Below are positions 8,091 to 15,546 of a DNA stretch of 15,546 nt, in pieces. A program made the translations under genes and the position numbers. The notes below the pieces were generated by a model. It saw only the letters and a program-made list of their open reading frames with translations, was not told the DNA's origin and made no database searches. Within the stretch, counting starts at the first letter, position 1. Each line of letters opens with the position of its first letter. Source of the DNA: Azolla caroliniana. Taxonomy: Eukaryota; Plantae; Polypodiophyta. The stretch covers positions 1 through 15,546 of the forward strand of contig JBHGNT010000794.1 of NCBI GenBank assembly GCA_043228905.1, read 5' to 3'.

Positions 8091-10801
8091 TTATCCTTTC
8101 TTGGGGTTATCTACAACTTCTTTTTCATGATGCTTTTCAGCCATCATATCAATATCTACAACTCCCATCATGTTCCGAAACTGTGTATGCTTTTCCACAC
8201 TCAATCCCTTTGTGAGAATATCAGCAACCTGCTGATTTGTATTCACATACACCAGATCAACTTCTCCTTCAATCACTTTTTCTCTAACAAAGTGATAATG
8301 CACTTCAATGTGCTTTGTTCTTGCATGGAACACAGGGTTCTTTGCAAGTTGAATGCTGCTCATGTTGTCACACCAGATTGTGACAGTACCGTCTATATAC
8401 TCTCCCAAATCAGCAAGCAATCTTCTAATCCATACCTCTTCACAAGTGGCTATGGCAGCTCCTCTGTACTCAGCTTCAGTACTAGACAATGCAACAGTAG
8501 CCTGTTTCTTGCTACTCCATGAAATACCTGCACTTCCCAATGTAAAGATATATCCACTTGTGGATCTCCTGTCTGTTTGGCTTCCAGCCCAATCAGCATC
8601 TATATATCCTTCCAGATTTATGTCCAAATCAGCCCTGTAAAACAATCCATAGTTCTGAGTAGCTTTTACATACCTCAGAATTCTTCTAATGCAGTCCAAA
8701 TGTGGCTTTGTTGGCTGTTGCATAAACTGGCTGACTAATCCAACAGCATAGCTCAAATCAGGTCTTGTTATAGTCAAATAAATAAGGCTGCCCACCATAG
8801 ACCTGTACATGTTTACATCTTCTATCTTGGCTCCCAAATCAGCCCCTCAACTTGCAGTTTTTATCAAGTGGTACAGCAATAGGTTTGCATCCAAGCATAC
8901 CATACTTTTTCAACATAGTTGTTGCATACTGTTTTTGCAACATACATATACCACTTTCAGATCTGATGATTTCAATACCAAGAAAATATCTCAGATCTCC
9001 CAAATCTTTCATATGAAACTGCATTTCCAGATTTTTTTTCAACTTTCTTATTTCATCCACGGAATCTCCTCCAATAATCAAATCATCTACATAAATCAGA
9101 ATAATAACAATGCAATCATTTTCACTTTTTACATACAAAGAAGGATCAGCTTTTGACATTTTGAAACCAAGATTTTTCAGAGAATCTGAAAGTTCTCTGT
9201 GCCATGCTCTTGGTGCCTGTTTCAGTCCATAGAGAGCTTTTTTCAGCTTACATACATAATCAAGTTGTTTCTTATCTTCAAAACCTGGTGGTTGACTCAT
9301 ATACACTTCTTCTTCCAAGTTACCATGTAAAAAAGCATTTTTTACATCCATGTGATGCAAAATCCATTTTCTGGCTGCTCCTACAGCAAGTAGTGTTCTC
9401 AAGGTTGCCATCTTTGCAACCGGTGCAAAAGTCTCATCATAATCAATCCCTTGCATCTGAGCATATCCTTTTGCAACCAATCTTGCTTTATGTCTACTTA
9501 CATTCCCACTGGAATCATGCTTTGTCTTGTAGACCCATTTGCAACCTACCACATTTTTTTCTTTTGGTAACTTCACCAAATCCCATGTTTTGTTTTCAGC
9601 CAATGCATCAATCTCTTCTTGCATTGCATCCACCCATTTCTTCTCAGTTTTAGCCTCATCAAAACTACTTGGATCAGGGATCTGTACCACCTTAGACATG
9701 TATGCATAATGCATAGCCATGTATGTATCATAACCAAATCTTTCAACAGTTTTTTTCTCTCTATCTGATCTTCTCAGTTTCTGATTTGCATCCTTCAATG
9801 CTTTTTCCATACCAGGGATTTTCAATCCTCTTATACCAAGAAGATCATCCAATGACACATCTGAATCCTCATCTTCCATGTTTTTAGACAAGTCATCCAA
9901 CATTTCATACTCTGGCATTTTCTGTTTTCCTTTTTTATCATCACATTTTTTGTGTCCTCCGCTTTTTCCACTCCAAGAATTTGAATCAGATTTACCATCT
10001 GAGCTTTTTGATGGTCCAGAACTTTCTGTTGATGTTGGACTTTGTTGTCCAACCTTGCTTCCATCTCTGTGGCAGTCTTCTATGTTTTCAGATTTGTCTT
10101 TGTCTTCAATCTCATTGTCTTCATCAGTCTCTGGATTCTGTTTTGGACTATACCAGCTGGCTAACTCATCAAAGATTACATCCCTACTTGTCACAATCTT
10201 CTTTGTTACAGGGTTATAGCATCTATACCCTTTTTGTTCTTCTGAATAGCCAACAAAAATACATTTTTCTGCCTTTGGATCCAACTTACTTCTTACTTCT
10301 GCAGGCACATGTACATATGCAAGGCATCCAAACACTTTTAAGTGTTCTAGACTAGGTTTCCTTCCATAGAAACACTCTTCAGGAGTTGCTTCATGTACTC
10401 CCGATGTTATACATCTATTTAGAATATAATTTGCTGTATTTACAGCTTCTGCCCAATAGTACAATGGCATATTCTTCTCTGTCATCAAAGCCCTTGCAAT
10501 GTTCACCAATGTTCTGTTTTTCCTCTCAGCAACTCCATTTTGTTGTGGAGTATATCGGCATGTGAACTGTCTTCTTATTCCCTGATTACACAAAAAATCA
10601 GAAAATTCATTGGAGAAATACTCTCCTCCTCCATCAGATCTCAAACATTTTATCCTAGTACCAGCCTGCTTTTCTACCATGCATTTAAACTTACGAAAAC
10701 AGTCAAATACTTCACTTTTCTCCTTCATGAAGTACACCCATGTCTTCCGTGAACAATCATCAATAAATGTAACATAAAATCTGCATCCACCAATAGATGC
10801 A
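8091..10801 (-). pseudogene. pol: Element C pol, 3' part (integrase core, RT, RNase H) with one frameshift
   Basis: SIGGCRFYVTFIDD, LRSDGGGEY, PQQNGVAERKNRTL, SKLDPK, KARLVAKGY, LYGLKQAPRAW, LIYVDDL, YIDADWAG, SSTEAEY, CDN, ADILTK. One extra base in CCCC 8843-8846 shifts KLR-ADLG. Confidence 0.95.
10797..10801. repeat. Left target-site duplication of D (ATGCA)
   Basis: Identical ATGCA at 13509-13513; removing D and one copy restores the C frame GPTKNASIGG. Confidence 0.96.
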
Positions 10802-11085
10802 TGTCGAATACATGTGTATAATGGACGTTTTCACACTATCCCGTTTTGGCCATTTATGTAATTAGCATAAAGGGTAGTTGCCCTAAGTCAGTCACTATAT
10901 ATAGTGACCTTGTAACCTTTTTGTAAGGTTGGATGTTGTATTAGTGCTTTGAGAAATAAGAAACTCTTTTGTGCCTCTCTCTCTCTCTCTCCCTCTGTGC
11001 ACGACCTACAATCTGTCATACGCAGGTACTCAGAACAGAACTGAATGCTTCTCGATCTTCCGCATTGACGACCTCGCTTGCAACA
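10802..11085 (+). repeat. 5' LTR of D (284 bp)
   Basis: TGTCGAA...GCAACA; differs from 13225-13508 only at T10829/A13252. Confidence 0.98.
10891..10908. promoter_or_regulatory. Probable TATA box inside a perfect 18-bp palindrome (D LTR)
   Basis: GTCACTATATATAGTGAC is its own reverse complement; CTATATAT is a TATA-like core ~90 bp into the LTR. Second copy at 13314-13331. Confidence 0.7.
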
Positions 11086-11087
11086 TC

Positions 11088-11099
11088 TGGTATCAGAGC
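11088..11099 (+). other. Primer binding site (tRNA-iMet) of D
   Basis: TGGTATCAGAGC, 2 nt after the LTR end. Confidence 0.95.
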
Positions 11100-11292
11100 A
11101 GAGGTTCGGCCGTCATCACCGCCTGCACAGCATTCGGTTCTTCACTTCATCACGGCCTGCACAGTATTCGCGTCATTCGAAGAAAGAGAGAAGAAGAACA
11201 AAAACGAGGTTTGCACCTCATCGCGTTAGATCCTCTTGCTTGGAGTAAGCCTTCAGGTTGTACTCTGTTCCTTGTGATCGTAACCACTCGAG

Positions 11293-13032
11293 GTGAAATC
11301 CCCTTGTGCAACATCGACACGATCGTGCTCCACTCGGTTAAACGGCACCCGAAGAGGTAATCAAACGCTGCTCGTTGTAACCACTCGGTGCAGATCGGTC
11401 TCAAGACAACCTCCGGAGAGGTATTCTCCTGGAATTTTCTTCACCGACGCCGGCGAACCGACGTCTTACGAAGAAGCATCGACATCTGTCGATTCCGCCA
11501 CCTGGCATCTGGCGATGGAGTCGGAAATGCACTCCATTCGAGCAAACAAGACTTGGGATCTGGTCGAATTACCTAGGAACCGACGTGCTCTTCCTTGCAA
11601 GTGGGTTTATCGACTAAAAGAGACGTCTGATTCGACCACCCCAAAGTACAAGGCCAGATTAGTTGCGAAGGGCTTCCGACAAGAATATGGCGTCGACTTC
11701 GACGAGATTTTTTCACCAGTGGTGAAAATGACAACCCTTCGTTTTCTACTCGGCGTAGTGGCAGCCGACAACTTGGAGCTGATTCAGCTAGATGTCAAAA
11801 CAGCCTTCCTCCATGGTGATCTCGAGGAGGAAATTTATATGGAGCAGCCAAAAGGCTTCGTGGCACCTGGCCAAGAACATCTAGTCTGCCGACTCAGGAA
11901 GAGTCTATACGGCCTCAAACAGGCACCGCGACAATGGTACAAGAAGTTCGACGACTTCATCCAATCGATCGGCTTCTCCAAAAGCGATGAGGACCATTGT
12001 CTCTTCACCAACACAGCTCAAGATGGATCACCCATCTTCCTCATCATTTACGTGGACGACATGCTAATTTCTGGACGCCACGCGGGCGAACTTGCCGATC
12101 TCATTCGGCAACTGCGGTTGAAGTTTGCCATGAAGGACCTCGGTCCGGCACGACACATACTCGGCATGAAGATTAGTCGGCATCGCGACAAACGACATCT
12201 TTTTTTGTCTCAGACCGACTATATCGGACGTGTCTTGGAACGCTTCAACATGCAATCAGCCAAATCTGCTTCAACCCCGCTCCCAATGAATCTTCGGCTC
12301 TCTCAGCGAGACTGCCCGACATCCGGCCCGGAGGGGGAAGATATGAAGTCGGTACCGTATGCACCGGCAGTCGGCTCCCTTATGTACCTGATGGTCGCGA
12401 CACGGCCTGATATTTCTCATGCCGTAGGAGTCGTTAGCAGATTTATGCACAATCCTGGCCGATCGCATTGGAACGCAGTCAAGCATGTGTTCAGATATCT
12501 GGCTGGCACAAAAGACCATGGCATTCTTTTCGGTCCGAACCGAACCTCAGGCGTAGTCGGTTACACCGACTCGGACTTCGCCGGCTGTATAGACAGTCGG
12601 AAATCAACAACCGGATACTGCTTCAAATTCGGCAATGGAGCAATCTCGTGGAAGTCGAAACTTCAGGAGTGCACAGCGACCTCAACGACCGAAGCAGAAT
12701 ATGTAGCTGCGTCCGACGCAGCAAAAGAAGCTTTGTGGCTCGGTCGGCTGGCGCACACGTTTCGACAAGTCGACCATGACTCGGCTCCAGTTGTCTATAG
12801 CGACAGTCAAGGTGCTGTTGCCTTGTCGAAAAATCCGGTTCACCACAACGCCTCCAAACATATCGACGTTCGATATCACTTCGTTCGGGACTGCGTCATT
12901 TCAGGGAAAATCGGTCTAGAGAAAATATCCACAACCGACAATGTCGCAGATGGAATGACCAAGTGTCTTTCGGCAGACCGCTTTCGGTCTCTTCGGCATC
13001 AGATGGGCGTAACGACAAACCAGTCCGGTTAG
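11293..13032 (+). CDS. pol: Intact copia reverse transcriptase-RNase H ORF (first ATG at 11515, 505 aa)
   Basis: EPTSYEEA, KARLVAKGF, QLDVKTAFLHG, LYGLKQAPRQW, IYVDDML, RNase H YTDSD/EAEY/SDSQ/ADGMTK; no internal stop or frameshift. The track start (GTG 11293) is in leader-derived sequence. Confidence 0.9.
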   Translation: MKSPCATSTRSCSTRLNGTRRGNQTLLVVTTRCRSVSRQPPERYSPGIFFTDAGEPTSYEEASTSVDSATWHLAMESEMHSIRANKTWDLVELPRNRRALPCKWVYRLKETSDSTTPKYKARLVAKGFRQEYGVDFDEIFSPVVKMTTLRFLLGVVAADNLELIQLDVKTAFLHGDLEEEIYMEQPKGFVAPGQEHLVCRLRKSLYGLKQAPRQWYKKFDDFIQSIGFSKSDEDHCLFTNTAQDGSPIFLIIYVDDMLISGRHAGELADLIRQLRLKFAMKDLGPARHILGMKISRHRDKRHLFLSQTDYIGRVLERFNMQSAKSASTPLPMNLRLSQRDCPTSGPEGEDMKSVPYAPAVGSLMYLMVATRPDISHAVGVVSRFMHNPGRSHWNAVKHVFRYLAGTKDHGILFGPNRTSGVVGYTDSDFAGCIDSRKSTTGYCFKFGNGAISWKSKLQECTATSTTEAEYVAASDAAKEALWLGRLAHTFRQVDHDSAPVVYSDSQGAVALSKNPVHHNASKHIDVRYHFVRDCVISGKIGLEKISTTDNVADGMTKCLSADRFRSLRHQMGVTTNQSG

Positions 13033-13217
13033 AGCCGGACACAGCACAGGATGGTTCCGACAACCGACATCAGTTCCTTAATGATCGGCTTCAACTGTTC
13101 CGACCCGACCAGTTCGGTCTTCTGCCTTCGGACCCTGCCGACTCGAACAAAGCTGATATGTCCGAGAACCCAAGTCTATACCTATAATCTTAGATAACCC
13201 ATGTATACGCCCATTAC

Positions 13218-13224
13218 GGGGGAG
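13218..13224 (+). other. Polypurine tract of D
   Basis: GGGGGAG immediately before the 3' LTR start TGTCGA. Confidence 0.88.
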
Positions 13225-13508
13225 TGTCGAATACATGTGTATAATGGACGTATTCACACTATCCCGTTTTGGCCATTTATGTAATTAGCATAAAGGGTAG
13301 TTGCCCTAAGTCAGTCACTATATATAGTGACCTTGTAACCTTTTTGTAAGGTTGGATGTTGTATTAGTGCTTTGAGAAATAAGAAACTCTTTTGTGCCTC
13401 TCTCTCTCTCTCTCCCTCTGTGCACGACCTACAATCTGTCATACGCAGGTACTCAGAACAGAACTGAATGCTTCTCGATCTTCCGCATTGACGACCTCGC
13501 TTGCAACA
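13225..13508 (+). repeat. 3' LTR of D (284 bp)
   Basis: 283/284 identical to 10802-11085. Confidence 0.98.
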
Positions 13509-13513
13509 ATGCA
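13509..13513. repeat. Right target-site duplication of D (ATGCA)
   Basis: Matches 10797-10801. Confidence 0.96.
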
Positions 13514-15153
13514 TTCTTTGTTGGTCCCCATACATCTGTATGTACCAAATCCAACAGATTTTTGCTTACATGTCTCTCATGAGGGAATGGCAACCTGTTT
13601 TGCTTACCATATTGACATGCTTCACATACTTTTCCCATTTCACACTTTTTCAAGTTTGGCAGTCCAGCCACTGCATCTTTTCTCAACATATTCTTTAATG
13701 TTTGCATACTTATATGGCCAATCCTTTTATGCCACATTTCCACATCTGAGATTACACTCGTTCCATTTGCAAACATGGCTGAAATCTGTTTGGGCATTTC
13801 TACATCCAAGATAAACATTCTTCCTTGTCTCTTCCCTTTTGCAATGAGCTTCCCATTCTTTTCTATATAGCATCCACTTGGCTTAAACTTTACTTGCATA
13901 CCTTGCTCTACTATCTGTCCAACAGAAATCAGATTCTTAGCAAGATTTGGAACATGCATCACATCCAACATATACTTGGTTTTTCCTCTTTCTTCCCACA
14001 ATGGGATATCTCCAACATGTTTTATTTGGTGAGTTGTGTCATCACCTGTTTGTACATAACCAGGAACCTCTAGTTCTCTTAAACTCTCAAACCAATTTGC
14101 ATGTCCAGTCATATGGTTAGATGCCCCCGAGTCTACATACCACGTAAACTCTTCATTACATTTCTGTGAGCTTTCAGCCACTACTGCTATCTCATGTTGC
14201 ACTACAAAAACACCTTCCTTTTCACAATCTTCACTAGTAGAGGCATAGTTACTCTATTGTCCTTTTCCTCTTTTCTCATCATTTTGTTTCTTGTAACATT
14301 CAGCCTGTGTATGGCCTGGTTTACCACAATACCAGCAGCCATCATCATTTACATAAGTTTGCTTACCTCTACCTCGGTTGCTCCCCCTGCCTCTGTTGTT
14401 GTTTCCTCCTCTATGAGCTTGTTGTCCTCTTCCTTGAAAGCCATTATTATTGGTTCTTCCTGAGCCAAATCTTCCATGGCCTCTTCCTCGGCCTCTTCCG
14501 GCATTATTATAGAGGGCTTGCCCCTCGTTCTCTGAGTTTCCTTTATTTGCATCATCCATCTGATTCCTTTCCTCTACCACAAGCATTGAGACCAGATCTG
14601 AAAAACTTGGGATACTATCCCTTGTGAGCATAGAAGTTTTAAAACTCTTGTATTGAGGTCCTAAGCCTCTTAAGCATATTTCCACTTTGTCATCATCTTC
14701 TATCTTCACATTGATAGAAGCAAGTGATTCACATATACTCTTGATTTTTAGGGCATACTCATTTATTGACATCTTACCTTTTTCTAAGGTATTTAGCTCA
14801 GTCTTCAACTGTAGCTTTCTAGCTTTTGTGTTTACTGCAAACAGTTTTACCAAACTGTCCCAAGCTTCTTTTGGGAGCATAGCATCCTGTATGTGCCCAA
14901 GCATCGAATCTGAGATGCTAAGTGAGAGCCAATGCATTACCTTCCTTGCCCCTTGATTCCAATCTTTGAATGCTTTAATCTGTGCTGCTGTGGCATTTTC
15001 TTCTGGGATCTCCGGAGCCTCTTCTAGGTCTCCTTCAATGTAATCCCAGTATCCTTTCCCCATTAGGAAATTTGTCATTCTAAATTTCCACGCCGGGAAA
15101 TTGTTTTTATCTAGTATCTCTGTAACTATTTGGCCCGCATTCTCTGCAGCCAT
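13509..15153 (-). pseudogene. gag-pol: Element C gag-protease-integrase N-terminus, one in-frame TAG at 14254-14256
   Basis: ATG 15153 MAAENAG, LDKNNFPAWK, RG-rich tract, CWYCGKPGHTQAEC, *SNYAS, WYVDSGASNHMTG, MWHKRIGH...CEAC, VHTDVWGP, then the D insertion. Confidence 0.95.
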
Positions 15154-15280
15154 TATCTCTTCCAAACTAGGTTTTCTGTTACAATTACTTCAACAAGTAA
15201 CTTTCTGATTCAGATCAGCAAACAGAGAAATACCTTTCTCAGATCTATGCACTTTTGTACTCTTCTTTATGAGCAACTCT

Positions 15281-15292
15281 GCTCTGATACCA
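15281..15292 (-). other. Primer binding site (tRNA-iMet) of element C
   Basis: GCTCTGATACCA directly abutting the LTR edge TGTTAAG. Confidence 0.94.
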
Positions 15293-15546
15293 TGTTAAGA
15301 AAACGTGAAGAAGGCACTCGGGCTCTTCTTATGTGCGCGGCGGATCGTAGTGTGCTGGATCGTTAGCGTGCTCTAAACAGACAGAGAAAGGAAAGGGGAC
15401 TTACCTCTGTAGTAGCAAAATGGTTTTCTTCTATTACATGTAGAGCTCAACTTGCTCTCGTCAGTCTTCTGGTCTCTCACTCTCTCTCAGAGTTCTCTCC
15501 TCACTATTCTCTGTTTTTTTCTTACTACTTACTTCCTATTCACTCT
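15293..15546 (-). repeat. 5' LTR of element C (partial)
   Basis: Matches 7623-7876 with 2 substitutions; predicted to continue to ~15742. Confidence 0.96.

Larger units (their letters stand above)
10802..13508 (+). mobile_element. Non-autonomous copia-derived element D (2707 bp) encoding only RT-RNase H
   Basis: TG...CA LTRs, 5-bp TSD, PBS, PPT and one ORF. Only ~300 bp lie between the PBS and pol-derived sequence, and no gag/PR/INT motif is present. Confidence 0.96.
7623..15546 (-). mobile_element. Ty1/copia LTR retrotransposon C, young, interrupted by D; 5' LTR cut by window end
   Basis: LTRs 7623-8072 and 15293->15546, PBS 15281-15292, PPT 8073-8081, full gag-PR-INT-RT-RH domain set on minus strand. 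Confidence 0.97.

Noticed and set aside
8127-10752. Numerous plus-strand ORFs opposite C pol (likewise opposite A, B and D)
   Set aside because: Antisense shadows of the polyprotein frames with no independent motifs.
10975-10990. (CT)n microsatellites in D and A LTRs (also 233-246, 4907-4920, 13398-13413)
   Set aside because: Short, equal in both LTR copies and common in plant LTRs.
11293-13032. D ORF as a domesticated host RT gene or prokaryotic retron/DGR-type RT
   Set aside because: Motifs are plainly Ty1/copia and the ORF lies between near-identical LTRs with a TSD, inside another element.
13453-13508. C-terminal LLQARSSMRKIEKHSVLF of the 249-aa ORF
   Set aside because: Read-through into the antisense D LTR; the true frame resumes at 10796 as SIGGCRFY once D is removed.

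Overview
Eukaryotic (plant-type) transposon nest with no host gene. It holds four different Ty1/copia LTR retrotransposons, each with a tRNA-iMet PBS (TGGTATCAGAGC), plus a decayed LINE fragment. Element A (<1-5257, minus; LTRs ~95% identical; gag-pol broken by ~11 stops, a frameshift and a deletion) sits inside the pol of an older element B (5258-~6780, minus). B's 5' LTR runs into a LINE ORF1/ORF2 fragment (~6781-7622, plus). The LINE is interrupted by young element C (7623->15546, minus; LTRs 2 differences in 254 bp). C's integrase is interrupted by element D (10802-13508, plus; ATGCA TSD; 284-bp LTRs with 1 difference). D is the most unusual object: it has complete cis signals and an intact RT-RNase H reading frame behind an ATG-free leader, but no gag, protease or integrase. 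All alignments and counts were done by eye; no database searches were run.
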